DNA from: a virus
IMG/VR virus record: IMGVR_UViG_3300025108_000024
Coordinates: 1-64,000 of that record
Strand: one strand, 5' to 3'
DNA length: 64,000 nucleotides
The translations under genes and the position numbers were made by a program. Shown here piece by piece: positions 53,283 to 63,643 of this stretch. Numbering within the stretch: the first letter of the stretch is position 1; each line of letters starts with the position of its first letter. The notes below the pieces were generated by a model. The model saw only the letters and a program-made list of their open reading frames with translations. It did no database searches and was not told the origin of the DNA.

Positions 53283-54143
53283 TTATCTTTTTCCTTCTAT
53301 ATTACACATTGCAACCCCAAATTGAGTACCATCTTCCAAAGTTACTGTAATACACATAGCTCTACTATCAACAACCCATCCTGTTATTGCTGCTGGTTTT
53401 TGACCGTCATAACTTACTTCAAATCCACCACCATCTGCACCAGCGGGTCCTTGTGGCCCTTGAGGTCCAGTTGCTCCAGTTGCTCCTTTAGTACCGTTAC
53501 TACCAGCAGGCCCTTGTGGCCCAGCAGGTCCTTGAGGTCCTGTATTACCCGTATTTCCTTTTGCTCCGGCTGCACCTGTGTCTCCCTTTGCACCTGCAGG
53601 ACCCCTTGCTCCAGCAGCTCCGGCTGCACCTGTATCTCCTTTTGACCCGGCTGGTCCTCTTGCACCAGCTGCACCATCTGATCCAGCTGCTCCAGCGGGT
53701 CCCCTAGCTCCAGCTGCACCGTCTGCCCCAGCTGTTCCTGCCGGACCTCTTGAACCTGCATCACCTTTATCACCTTTGGCTCCAGCTGCTCCATCTGTCC
53801 CAGCTGGCCCTCTAGCTCCAGCATCTCCGGTATCTCCTTTGTCACCCTTAGCACCTCTTGCTCCAGCATCACCAGTATCCCCTTTGTCTCCTTTAGCTCC
53901 AGCATCTCCTTTAGCTCCAGCATCTCCTTTAGCTCCCCTGTCTCCTTTGGCACCGTCTGATCCGTTTGTACCTGCATCTCCTTTGGCACCTGCATCTCCT
54001 TTGGCACCTGCGTCACCTTTGTCTCCTTTAGGTCCTTGGCCGCCAGTTGCACCTACAAACTGTGGAAAGTTTGCTGTGTTAAAATTACCAGTGTGTAATA
54101 CTTCATTACCACCTACTGTTGTTCCTTGTTTTAAATCTGCCAT
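53283..54143 (-). CDS. Collagen-like fibre protein
   Basis: About 70 uninterrupted Gly-X-Y triplets between short N- and C-terminal domains. Confidence 0.9.
   Translation of the reverse strand: MADLKQGTTVGGNEVLHTGNFNTANFPQFVGATGGQGPKGDKGDAGAKGDAGAKGDAGTNGSDGAKGDRGAKGDAGAKGDAGAKGDKGDTGDAGARGAKGDKGDTGDAGARGPAGTDGAAGAKGDKGDAGSRGPAGTAGADGAAGARGPAGAAGSDGAAGARGPAGSKGDTGAAGAAGARGPAGAKGDTGAAGAKGNTGNTGPQGPAGPQGPAGSNGTKGATGATGPQGPQGPAGADGGGFEVSYDGQKPAAITGWVVDSRAMCITVTLEDGTQFGVAMCNIEGKR
53430..54053 (-). repeat. Collagen-encoding tandem 9/18-nt repeats
   Basis: Repeated ctttagctccagcatctc / ctttggcacctgcatctc units; locally high GC. Confidence 0.85.
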
Positions 54144-54144
54144 T

Positions 54145-54246
54145 TTATTGTAAGTTTTGATTTAGTGAAACTAAACATTCATTTTCAGAACATCCACTAG
54201 AAGTTCCTCCACATTCAGTGCACATATATTCGTTATTATTTTTCAT
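54145..54246 (-). CDS. 33-aa Cys4 mini-protein (not in ORF track)
   Basis: MKNNNEYMCTECGGTSSGCSENECLVSLNQNLQ*; start overlaps the end of the upstream gene and the stop is 1 nt before the next ATG. Confidence 0.6.
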   Translation of the reverse strand: MKNNNEYMCTECGGTSSGCSENECLVSLNQNLQ

Positions 54247-56092
54247 TTGATACTTCTTTTATATCTATACCATGTAACTGTCCTAATGTTTGTATATCCA
54301 TAGGATCTACTTCATATATACCAGGTAAAGCCCACCATGTTTTATGTTGTCTAGTACCATTATAATAATCCAACCATCTTAAATGTATTTGATCATCTGA
54401 TTCTTTAAATCTAGATACTCTAATATTACCTCCGTTAGCTCCTACACTACCTAAAGTTTTAGTTAAATTATCTGCACTTCCATTTTCATAATTACCAAAA
54501 GCCCTACACCAATTTTTACTATAAAATTCATTTCCTTGAGCATCAGTAAACCAATGTGGTAAAAACCAATAAGCCATTAAAGACCATTTGTCCTTTTCTA
54601 TATTATAATATGCCGGATAATGTGAGTAAGGATTTGTTGTATTACCAGTGCCAGAATAAGCATATGTAGGTACTTGTGAACCATTACTTCGTGTATGCGT
54701 ACCAAAATAATTATTACCACCGGTTTTTTCTTTACAATTCATCCATATTAATCCTACATACATTTTATTAGAATCTATGTTAACATAACCTATATCATTG
54801 TATCTATTAGAATCACTTGTTAGATTTTTACCTTCATGGATAGAATATTCATTTCTTGCTGTAAGTGTCCTATCAAACCATCTTACATCTTGTGAATCAA
54901 AACCAGACCCAAGTCTTGAATCTCCTAAATTTGGTTGATTAGTTAAGTTTCTATCTGATGCCCAAAGGTTATAATATGATGTAGCATCTCCTAGCTTAAA
55001 ACCTATATGCTCTGATATATGTCTAGCTGACATTACATTATTTTGCAAACAGACTGTCTTTTTAGTTTGTGGTTTAAATCCACATCTTTGAATTTGTATA
55101 TTTCTTATAGAGGAAACACCTGTATCTATATTACTAGGCATATGATAATGACCAGTTCTTAAATATTTAGCTGCAGCGTTTCCTGTATTACTTCCACTTG
55201 CTGTATCTGCTGCTCTATCCCATCTATAAAAAAGCTCAAATGTTTCCCATTCTACAGAATAATTACTAACAGCAGAAGATCTAATCCAACCATCTGTATC
55301 TGATGCACTCCAAAAATAAGAAGTTACTTTACCACCTGCGTTTAATCTATCTAGACTAACTTTTTGTTGACCTGTCATTCTAACATATTCTCCATCATAC
55401 AAGGAGTTTCTACCTGTTTCATCTATAGTAAAATATTTATGATGAAAACCGTATCCTGTACTGGCATAGTTTATTTCAACTATGCTTTCTCCATTTGTAA
55501 TTTCTGGACCATATCCCTCAGCTCCTAGCATATCCCAATCATCAGATACTGAAAATGTTACGTAAGCTGCATCTGCACCACTTGTATTTGAGTGTAATGC
55601 TTCTTTTATAATTCCTAATCTGCTTGTTCCTATTGCAGCGTATGGATGCCTGTGAGTTGGTCCATTTGGTAAGCCTGGTAATTTAAACCAGTGGTTAGCT
55701 CTTACTAAATTCATTGCATCTGCAAGACCTGAATTAGTTCCTATAGCATCAAAAGAAGACATACAATAAATGACATTTCCTAATTCACCTGATTGTATAT
55801 CCATTAATTTTTTTGCCAAATTATCTCTCTCAAGTTCTGAACCATATACGTCATATCTTCTAATAGAAGTTACAAGCTCCATAGTACCATGATCTAAAAT
55901 TGCTAAGGATATTCCTCTACCTCCAACGTTTTCTCCTTGTTGTTTTCCTTCTCTATTTATCCAACGGATATATCCAACCCCGGTATCATTAGCATTATAA
56001 CTAGTACCTTTAACTTGGATATTAGCAACTAAGTCTCCTTGTGGTTCAGAAAACTCATTATGTTTTAATTCTCTTAAAGTTGTTAAATCCAT
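54236..56092 (-). CDS. Putative receptor-binding protein with ILEI/PANDER (GG-lectin)-like domain
   Basis: RGISLAILD..RYDVY..SSFDA..RHPYAAIG pattern, followed by W/Y-rich beta-sandwich segments. Confidence 0.65.
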   Translation of the reverse strand: MDLTTLRELKHNEFSEPQGDLVANIQVKGTSYNANDTGVGYIRWINREGKQQGENVGGRGISLAILDHGTMELVTSIRRYDVYGSELERDNLAKKLMDIQSGELGNVIYCMSSFDAIGTNSGLADAMNLVRANHWFKLPGLPNGPTHRHPYAAIGTSRLGIIKEALHSNTSGADAAYVTFSVSDDWDMLGAEGYGPEITNGESIVEINYASTGYGFHHKYFTIDETGRNSLYDGEYVRMTGQQKVSLDRLNAGGKVTSYFWSASDTDGWIRSSAVSNYSVEWETFELFYRWDRAADTASGSNTGNAAAKYLRTGHYHMPSNIDTGVSSIRNIQIQRCGFKPQTKKTVCLQNNVMSARHISEHIGFKLGDATSYYNLWASDRNLTNQPNLGDSRLGSGFDSQDVRWFDRTLTARNEYSIHEGKNLTSDSNRYNDIGYVNIDSNKMYVGLIWMNCKEKTGGNNYFGTHTRSNGSQVPTYAYSGTGNTTNPYSHYPAYYNIEKDKWSLMAYWFLPHWFTDAQGNEFYSKNWCRAFGNYENGSADNLTKTLGSVGANGGNIRVSRFKESDDQIHLRWLDYYNGTRQHKTWWALPGIYEVDPMDIQTLGQLHGIDIKEVSNEK

Positions 56093-56102
56093 TGATTTAG
56101 TA

Positions 56103-57605
56103 TTATACTGTAAATCTCATAGTTACTCCATCAAAAGAAATACCAGATCCGGCAATTCCTAAAGTAGTACCACTAAAAGTTAAGTTTGATTCTGCTTGTA
56201 CAGTTGATCCACCTGTTGCTGTAATTACTCTATTATTAGCATTTGATGTTACAGCTAAAGTATCACCAGTATCTCCCTTATCTCCCTTATCACCTTTGTC
56301 TCCTTTGTCTCCTTTTGATCCATTTGTTCCGTCTGTGCCATTTGTCCCGTCTATTCCGTCTTTTCCGTTTGTTCCGTTTGTTCCAGGGTCACCTTTATCT
56401 CCCTTATCTCCTTTTGATCCGTTAGTCCCATCAGTTCCATTAGTTCCAGGATCACCCTTGTCTCCTTTATCCCCTTTAGCTCCATCAGTTCCATTTGTAC
56501 CATCGGTACCATTAGTTCCATCTGCTCCAGGTAATCCACGTGAACCGTCTGATCCATCTGTACCATTCGTTCCTGGATCTCCTTTATCACCTTTTGCACC
56601 TTTACCTCCATCAACACCGTCAGTACCATTTGTACCTGGATCACCTTTGTCCCCCTTGGGTCCTCTTGCCCCATCTGTTCCATCAGTTCCGTCAGTCCCA
56701 TCAGTTCCTGCGTCACCCTTATCACCTTTATCACCTTTAAGTCCTCTAGGTCCAGTTTGCCAAGATGTTAAACCACTATCAGCATTATAGTCTGTATCAT
56801 TTGGTAATATTATAACACCCGGCATCCACTTTAAAGATCCTGTATCTGCATTATGTTGAGCTATCAGTAACCATTCTTCATCAGGAAGAACTGAAGCTCC
56901 ATTGTAATCAAGAACTTTAAGGCTTCCTGTATTATATGCTTTACCTGCTTGATGTACCCAATATACACCGTGCCAACTTGGAACTTGAATACCTGTATTA
57001 GCTGGAATATCTATGTGTCCATTAGTACTAAAGTTTTTACTTACAGGTATACATATAATTCTACTTGACCATTTTAATGTAGACCCAGTCCAAGTAACAG
57101 TCCCACCACCACTCATTGAGTAGTTAGCATGTGCATTCTCAATTATAGGACTAAGATCTTGATCTACCCTTGCACCAGCTTGAATACCATCTAATTTTGT
57201 TTTTAATGCTGCTGTAAAGTTTTTGGTAGTTAGGCCACCATCACCTACGGAATAAGTAGTATCTTTATCTACAGTTGTAACGCTAGATGTTGTAGCATCT
57301 GCATGTGTGAAAGTTATAGTATCATTATCTACAGATGCTGATACAATAGGATTTTTAGTCTTATCAAGTTTGTCACCAATCTGACTAGATATTGTTGTAG
57401 CAAAGTTTGGATCATCACCAAGTGCAGCAGCCAATTCATTTAATGTATCTAATGTATTAGGAGCTGAATCAATTAAATTTGTTATAGAAGTTGTTACAAA
57501 TTCTTTTGTAGCAACCGTTTTACCTAAGTGAGTCATTACATCCGTAGATGCAATTTGTTCTCCGCTTATGTTTAATTCTCTTTTAGATGGTGTAGTTGTT
57601 GCCAT
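56103..57605 (-). CDS. Tail fibre protein with collagen segment
   Basis: APNTLDTLNELAAALGDDPNFATTI fibre motif, GLTTKNFT..KTKLDGI, more than 50 GXY triplets, NNRVITATG..AESNLTF. Confidence 0.9.
   Translation of the reverse strand: MATTTPSKRELNISGEQIASTDVMTHLGKTVATKEFVTTSITNLIDSAPNTLDTLNELAAALGDDPNFATTISSQIGDKLDKTKNPIVSASVDNDTITFTHADATTSSVTTVDKDTTYSVGDGGLTTKNFTAALKTKLDGIQAGARVDQDLSPIIENAHANYSMSGGGTVTWTGSTLKWSSRIICIPVSKNFSTNGHIDIPANTGIQVPSWHGVYWVHQAGKAYNTGSLKVLDYNGASVLPDEEWLLIAQHNADTGSLKWMPGVIILPNDTDYNADSGLTSWQTGPRGLKGDKGDKGDAGTDGTDGTDGTDGARGPKGDKGDPGTNGTDGVDGGKGAKGDKGDPGTNGTDGSDGSRGLPGADGTNGTDGTNGTDGAKGDKGDKGDPGTNGTDGTNGSKGDKGDKGDPGTNGTNGKDGIDGTNGTDGTNGSKGDKGDKGDKGDKGDTGDTLAVTSNANNRVITATGGSTVQAESNLTFSGTTLGIAGSGISFDGVTMRFTV
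56264..56753 (-). repeat. Collagen Gly-X-Y repeat (GDK/GTN/GTD units)
   Basis: Alternating (GDK)n and (GTD/GTN)n blocks. Confidence 0.85.
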
Positions 57606-59380
57606 TATCTTAGTCTTTTTCTATTGTGTTTATGTTTAATGTTAGTCCTTTTTGCTGCATCATGCATAGATGAATAATTTACACTCATAGCAGAAGCCTC
57701 AACACGAAAAGGGCTTTTGTCATAAAAACCTTTAGCTGAGATCTTTACTTTTAATTGTGTCCCTGTAGAAGAAAACACGTGAGATTCATTTGATGCTTTA
57801 TCATAAGCTTCATACGTTGAACCATTATCATTAGACACTTGTACATTAACGCTACAATCAGCAGGTATAACAAATGAATCCATGTTATGTAAAAATACCA
57901 TATCAACATTTGCATTGTTTTCTAATGTAAATGTTCCATATGTTACTTCCCAATCACCTATAAGTTCATACGGATGTTGATCTTCCCTATGTATTTTAAT
58001 TGAATGACCATCTGAACCATAACCCAATCTTATCCAGTATTTACTACCATTTGCTGATTCCATTAAAACAGGTGAATGACCATAGTCACTTTGTGCAGTA
58101 CTTCCTCTACCGTTAGTAGTTGTATCTTCTTTATGACTAGATCTTCTTTTACTAGCCCAAGTTTTACCTGTACCTATGTCATGATAGCAGAAGTCCATCA
58201 TTGCCCATCCTCTATCTGCACCAACAAACATAAAATTCTTTGAACCTGGTAGCTTATCAGTAGGCGTTCCTTCTGTTTTTTGATACTTAGCTCCTACTCT
58301 TAGATAACCTGGTTGATTAACATTTGTAGTTACATTGTTTAGTGCGTTAGCTTCCATTACATTTGGAACTCCTCCGGTAAAACACGGTGTGTAATCTACT
58401 TTTAGTATATAATCATACCCTCCACACATGATGATATTTGGTTCTGAGTTAGGATTTACAATAAATAAACCAGGATCTCTGTTATAACCATTGACAGTCT
58501 TAGCCGAATTAGCTGAAGTTGTATCTTCTAAATCACACCATAATGTCTGAGGTGTGGATGTTGATGCATTTAATATTACTGTAAAACCACCATTACCTTC
58601 ATAATTCCAATAGTACATTCTATCATTTACTTCATCATAAGATAAAGAAGCACGGTAACCATTTCTATCATTGGTTGCAGAACCCTCATATTTGTATACT
58701 GAAGATTCAAGCATTTGCTGTTCTCCTGTACGCAAGTTTCTTCTTGGAAATTTTCTATAATGTCTTGCATCATGTTCACTTGCATATATCCAATCACCAG
58801 CAGCACATAAACCACCAGCATACCAGTACCCTGTTCTTCTAACATACCCGTTAGCTCTTGAATTTGTACCGGATGGATCTATAAAGTCTGTTGGATTTGG
58901 GTGTGTTGGTCTATCTTCTCTAATTACAAGACCACCATTAGTTGTACCATCTTTAGCACCTCTATAGTCAAATATAGAATAACCGTATACATTGTAACTC
59001 ATTACAACGGCTTTTCCTACGCCTTTAGCCATTGCTGCAGATTGCATGTGATTATATGTAGAACCAGTGTCTCTCCATAAAGCATGACTATCATGATATA
59101 GTTTTGTCATAGACCCATCATTGTTAAGTCTTCTAAAAGCAACACCGTCTCCCCAACCACAAGTCATTAATATATCTCCATCTATATCATATGAATTATG
59201 TCCACCTATACATCTTTCACCACCATCATATTCACCTGATCCACTATTAACAATAGCATTACTCATACCTCCCTTTTGAACAGGGCCTAACGTATGAGTA
59301 CCTTCATGGTCTGACATAAAACAACCAGTGACAACTGAAGCTGAATTTCTATCTAATATTGCGCTTGAAAATCTAGCCAT
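57605..59380 (-). CDS. Putative tail-associated beta-propeller-like protein
   Basis: 591 aa, G/Y/D-rich beta strands, C-terminal VQVSNDNGSTYE..HVFSSTGTQLKVK motif; coupled to the fibre gene. Confidence 0.55.
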   Translation of the reverse strand: MARFSSAILDRNSASVVTGCFMSDHEGTHTLGPVQKGGMSNAIVNSGSGEYDGGERCIGGHNSYDIDGDILMTCGWGDGVAFRRLNNDGSMTKLYHDSHALWRDTGSTYNHMQSAAMAKGVGKAVVMSYNVYGYSIFDYRGAKDGTTNGGLVIREDRPTHPNPTDFIDPSGTNSRANGYVRRTGYWYAGGLCAAGDWIYASEHDARHYRKFPRRNLRTGEQQMLESSVYKYEGSATNDRNGYRASLSYDEVNDRMYYWNYEGNGGFTVILNASTSTPQTLWCDLEDTTSANSAKTVNGYNRDPGLFIVNPNSEPNIIMCGGYDYILKVDYTPCFTGGVPNVMEANALNNVTTNVNQPGYLRVGAKYQKTEGTPTDKLPGSKNFMFVGADRGWAMMDFCYHDIGTGKTWASKRRSSHKEDTTTNGRGSTAQSDYGHSPVLMESANGSKYWIRLGYGSDGHSIKIHREDQHPYELIGDWEVTYGTFTLENNANVDMVFLHNMDSFVIPADCSVNVQVSNDNGSTYEAYDKASNESHVFSSTGTQLKVKISAKGFYDKSPFRVEASAMSVNYSSMHDAAKRTNIKHKHNRKRLR

Positions 59381-59534
59381 TCTTTAAGTTTTTTATTTTT
59401 TCTTCACAATGTAGTATACCTTTCTCTAGTAAAACTTTTAAAGTTAAGTCACTATTTTCTATAGAAGTTTCATTTTCTAAATCAGCTTTATATTGCTCTA
59501 ATTGCAATTCCCAATATTCTAAACTTTCTTCCAT
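59373..59534 (-). CDS. 53-aa acidic helical protein (not in ORF track)
   Basis: MEESLEYWELQLEQYKADLENETSIENSDLTLKVLLEKGILHCEEKIKNLKNG*; fills the gap and overlaps the next start. Confidence 0.75.
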   Translation of the reverse strand: MEESLEYWELQLEQYKADLENETSIENSDLTLKVLLEKGILHCEEKIKNLKNG

Positions 59535-59535
59535 A

Positions 59536-62500
59536 TTAATTATATATTACGTCAACCCAAAACTGAGTAAAGTTATCATCTTTTGATACAGCATGCATAA
59601 ATGAAGTATTTAATCCATCATATAATAGTGTAGCATTAGCCTTGCTTAAAGAACCTTTGTCAGCATGAGTTTGCCCATATAGTTTATAAGTGTTTATAAA
59701 CCTTGAGTTAATTGAAGGTTGATCCCATTGAATAAAGTGAGCTGTATTTAAAGAAACAGTATATATATTTGCTACATCATTAGTTGGTGTAGTATAATCA
59801 ATTGCTGCTGTCAAAGGATCGGAATAAATACCATTCCTCACAGCATAAACTCTATAATGTATTTTACCTGATTCTGTAAATGAGTCATCTATAACACTCA
59901 TATTCTTTGCAAAATCTTCAGGAGAAAAAACTGATATTAAACCAAAGCTACTATCATTAACAGCACTAAATACCAAATACTCATGATTAGCTTCACCAGC
60001 TTGTTCAAAGGTTACATTAATAGTATCATTTACAACACTTAATGATAAGTTAACTGGTTTAGCAGGTTTAGATATTCCTAAATTTGCAGCAGTTAACGTT
60101 CTTGTAGAATGTGATTGAATAACACCATCAGTCATATTTAACTGATCAATTACTATTGCACCACTTGTATTAATATCTGAATCAGTACCAATTATTGTAT
60201 TGAATGCTAGACTTGGTTTATTAAGTATTAAAGCATCACCGCTTGTTGCATTCCAATCTGCCTGAACATTCTTTTCAGCATCAACAGGAGCATAGGAAGT
60301 AGGAATGTTATCTGCTGTTACATTTCCTGAAACAATAAGATTTGCATTTCCATTACTAGCAGGTTTTAAAACCATTGCATCATAAAGAGTACTTCCTGAA
60401 GGTGTAAATCTCCATCTCCACCAATCATTATTATTGTCATCAGTTAAATTAAAATCAAAGTAAGTATGCGTACCATCTATAGTTGTTGTTATAGATGCAG
60501 CATCTGATGATTGTGCAGCAAATGTCAAGTTTGTAACTCCTGTTAATGAAGTATGATTGTGACTACTTGGTGCAAACGTACTAGGTTTGTTTTTTATAAA
60601 CGCATCACCTGAAGTAGCATTCCAGTCTGATTGTACGTTTTTCTCAGCATCTGTAGGTGCATGAGTTGCTTGACTATGTGTATATGCAGTATCCCAATTA
60701 GAATCTTTTCTTGTTCCTGCTCCAGTTCCACTTGCAGGTTTAGAATATATACCTTCTTTATACATTAACTTACCATCGGCAAGTATTGTGATATCTGTTT
60801 CAGTACCACCTATAACAAACGATTCACCACTACCATAAGAAGCACTATTTGAGTGACTATATTTAATATGTCCAATTTGAGAATCAGGGACATTAGTACT
60901 AAATGTAAGATTAGTAGGTTGACCATTTATTGTGGATCTTAAATTAAGTGCATCACCATTTTGTTCTATTGTTATAGCACCATTAAACGTTCCACCATTT
61001 TTAGCAGAGACAAAATCTGTAGGAATAGTTCCTGTGGCATAACCTGCATCAGCATGGTTACCCCATCCATGTGCTGTTACCCCATTAGCAACATCTGTCA
61101 CGCTAAAATCTAAACTATGATGATATCTTCTCCAATCAGACCATACAGTATTGTATCCTCTTGAATATAAGTCTCCTGTTTGAAAATGAGTTGCTAATTG
61201 ACCTGTTACATTACCACCATTACCAAAAGTAGATATAGCATAATGTTCATTTGTTGGGTTTTTAGTAGTAGGATTTATTCTTCTGCTTGAAGGTGTTTGA
61301 TAATCAGGAGTTGATCCATCACCTATTTGCTTAACAAAACCTAAGCTGTCAATACCATCTAGTTTTTCAGAGTCGGCAGCCTTAGCGTTAGATGCAAGGT
61401 AACCTCCTTTAGCGTGGTCACCCCATCCATATGCAGTAACTCCGTTAGCAACATCCGTTGTAGAAAAGTTATCTGTTGTGTGAACTTGTGCCCAGTCTTC
61501 TTGCCAAGTACCACTTCTTTTATTTCTTATATGAAGCTCTCTTTGATGAAAGTCTTCAAACATCTGAACTGCCCAATCTGATGAATCCCAATACTTAGTG
61601 GTTAGTATACCATCTGATGCTCCAACTGGATCATCTGATGCACCACTTACATCCCATATATGAATACCTGATTGTTTTACAGTATCACCATTTGCATTTA
61701 ATCTAGGGTTTAATTTTAAATATCTACCATCATGGTTGTGACTTGAAGGATCAAATGTAGTAGGTTTGTCTTCTATTTCACTCCAAGTAGGTTTATGACC
61801 TTCAGAATATAAGGCATTGCCATTATGTTTTAAAAGACTGCTTGCATTTGTAGCAAAAGCAATACCATCATTAGAATCGTTCTGTGAACTAATAACTAAA
61901 ACTGAACCACCGTGACCACCAGTGTTTTCAGTGTGACTTATATAAGCTCTATCTGAAAAATCTGTTGTGCCTTCTTTATCAAAGCCGGTGAAATCAATCA
62001 TTCTACCTTGATTAGCCGTTGTAACGTCACCTGTTAAAAGTATATTACCTTTTATACTAAGGTCACCGGTCATAGTATCTCCTGTAACATTTACATAATC
62101 AGCATCGTGATTATGAGATCCAGATGCAAAACCTTGACTACCTACCCATGTTTGTGTTGCTAAATTATCACCTGCGGATTTTGGTAATGCTTGAAAGTTT
62201 ACACTTCCACTATAATCCCAAGTCCAAGGGTCTAATGTTTGACCACCAGAATAATTACTTAATAAAAATAAACTCTGAAACTGAAAATAATCATGAGATG
62301 CATCAGTCCAATCAATATCAATCTCAACACGCATCTCGTTTTTACCATCATGTAAAGAACTAGTTGTGTGCACATTCATACCACGTTGGAAATTGGAATA
62401 AGTCCATCTGGTCTTTTCATTCCAATTAGTTCCGTCAAACGTTTCTATTTTAACATCACATGTATGATCTTTTGTGTCTGACCAAGAACCTTGCAAAACA

Positions 62501-63621
62501 AACAAAGCTGTTGTTGGCCATCCACTACTTCTATTTATAACAAATCTAAAACGCTTGTTTGCGTGTTGTAAACTAAAACCAGTTTCTTCTCTACCATCAA
62601 ATAAAACATCTAAACTTTGACTCCAAGCTTCCCAAGCAGTTCCATTCCAAAATTCAACGTCTTTATAGCTTCTAAATCTAAAAGTATCAAAAACACTATT
62701 TTCAGTAAATAAACGTAAATAGTTTGCTTGATTATAAGAATCATAAAACTGCTGTCCATCAGAAAATGAATGATACTTGTGACCTAAATATTCATAACGT
62801 CCATCTAAGTCTACTGTTTGATTTGTATTACCTGTTACAGTAAGAGTTAGTTTACCATTACTAGTACTAAAGCTAGCACCTGATAAATAATGATTTGTAT
62901 CTGTATTTGTATCTGTAGAAGTTATTGTTACTTTACCTCCAGCACCGTAGCTAAGTGAAACATTTGTTCCTCCAATAAGGTCTAATGTTCCTCCAGACTG
63001 TACGGAAGTACGTTGTACACCGTTAGTCTTTAAATTCCATGATGTATAGTTATCATATACAAGACTATCTATGTAAGACCAAATTCCCCCACTTTTAACT
63101 AAAGCACCACTATTTTGTGTAGGTACACTATTAACAATAGGCCCTATATTAACTTGACCCGTTTCTGTATCAGTTGATGTACTTATAGAAACACCATCAC
63201 CACCTACAGACTGTATAGGAGCTATATCTAATATGCTGTCATTAATATAAGTCCATATAGTTCCACTAGTAACTAATGCTGTACCCGTTTCTGTAATTGT
63301 ATTATTAAAAATAGGAGTTACAACAACCTCACCTGTATCAAGATCTGTGATTGTACTAATTGTTGTACCGTTACCCCTAACTGCTTGAACATATCTACCA
63401 TCAAGGTCAATTGTAACATCTGCAGAACCAGTTACTGTTGCAGTTAAAACACCAGTACCTGTATCAAAAGATAAACCGGAAAGAAACTTATTGCTTCCTG
63501 TTGATTGTGTTGCCCATGTTAATTGACCTGAACCATCAGTTACTAAAACTTGACCGTTGGTTCCATCTGTCATGGGGAAATAAAATTCCCCATGTTTTAG
63601 ATGTGATAGTGATTTGATCAT
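59536..63621 (-). CDS. Long modular tail fibre protein
   Basis: DGTNGQVLVTDGSGQLTW, DLDGRY, HNHD, AYGWGDHA and NVQSDWNATSGDAFIKNKP fibre repeats; FN3-like C-terminus. Confidence 0.9.
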   Translation of the reverse strand: MIKSLSHLKHGEFYFPMTDGTNGQVLVTDGSGQLTWATQSTGSNKFLSGLSFDTGTGVLTATVTGSADVTIDLDGRYVQAVRGNGTTISTITDLDTGEVVVTPIFNNTITETGTALVTSGTIWTYINDSILDIAPIQSVGGDGVSISTSTDTETGQVNIGPIVNSVPTQNSGALVKSGGIWSYIDSLVYDNYTSWNLKTNGVQRTSVQSGGTLDLIGGTNVSLSYGAGGKVTITSTDTNTDTNHYLSGASFSTSNGKLTLTVTGNTNQTVDLDGRYEYLGHKYHSFSDGQQFYDSYNQANYLRLFTENSVFDTFRFRSYKDVEFWNGTAWEAWSQSLDVLFDGREETGFSLQHANKRFRFVINRSSGWPTTALFVLQGSWSDTKDHTCDVKIETFDGTNWNEKTRWTYSNFQRGMNVHTTSSLHDGKNEMRVEIDIDWTDASHDYFQFQSLFLLSNYSGGQTLDPWTWDYSGSVNFQALPKSAGDNLATQTWVGSQGFASGSHNHDADYVNVTGDTMTGDLSIKGNILLTGDVTTANQGRMIDFTGFDKEGTTDFSDRAYISHTENTGGHGGSVLVISSQNDSNDGIAFATNASSLLKHNGNALYSEGHKPTWSEIEDKPTTFDPSSHNHDGRYLKLNPRLNANGDTVKQSGIHIWDVSGASDDPVGASDGILTTKYWDSSDWAVQMFEDFHQRELHIRNKRSGTWQEDWAQVHTTDNFSTTDVANGVTAYGWGDHAKGGYLASNAKAADSEKLDGIDSLGFVKQIGDGSTPDYQTPSSRRINPTTKNPTNEHYAISTFGNGGNVTGQLATHFQTGDLYSRGYNTVWSDWRRYHHSLDFSVTDVANGVTAHGWGNHADAGYATGTIPTDFVSAKNGGTFNGAITIEQNGDALNLRSTINGQPTNLTFSTNVPDSQIGHIKYSHSNSASYGSGESFVIGGTETDITILADGKLMYKEGIYSKPASGTGAGTRKDSNWDTAYTHSQATHAPTDAEKNVQSDWNATSGDAFIKNKPSTFAPSSHNHTSLTGVTNLTFAAQSSDAASITTTIDGTHTYFDFNLTDDNNNDWWRWRFTPSGSTLYDAMVLKPASNGNANLIVSGNVTADNIPTSYAPVDAEKNVQADWNATSGDALILNKPSLAFNTIIGTDSDINTSGAIVIDQLNMTDGVIQSHSTRTLTAANLGISKPAKPVNLSLSVVNDTINVTFEQAGEANHEYLVFSAVNDSSFGLISVFSPEDFAKNMSVIDDSFTESGKIHYRVYAVRNGIYSDPLTAAIDYTTPTNDVANIYTVSLNTAHFIQWDQPSINSRFINTYKLYGQTHADKGSLSKANATLLYDGLNTSFMHAVSKDDNFTQFWVDVIYN

Positions 63622-63643
63622 AATTAATTATTATAAATTTATT

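Noticed and set aside
53322-56790. Pro/Ala/Ser-rich ORFs 53578-54153 and 56296-56790, and alternate-frame ORFs 53414-54052 and 56351-56734
   Set aside because: By-products of collagen codon periodicity in other frames.
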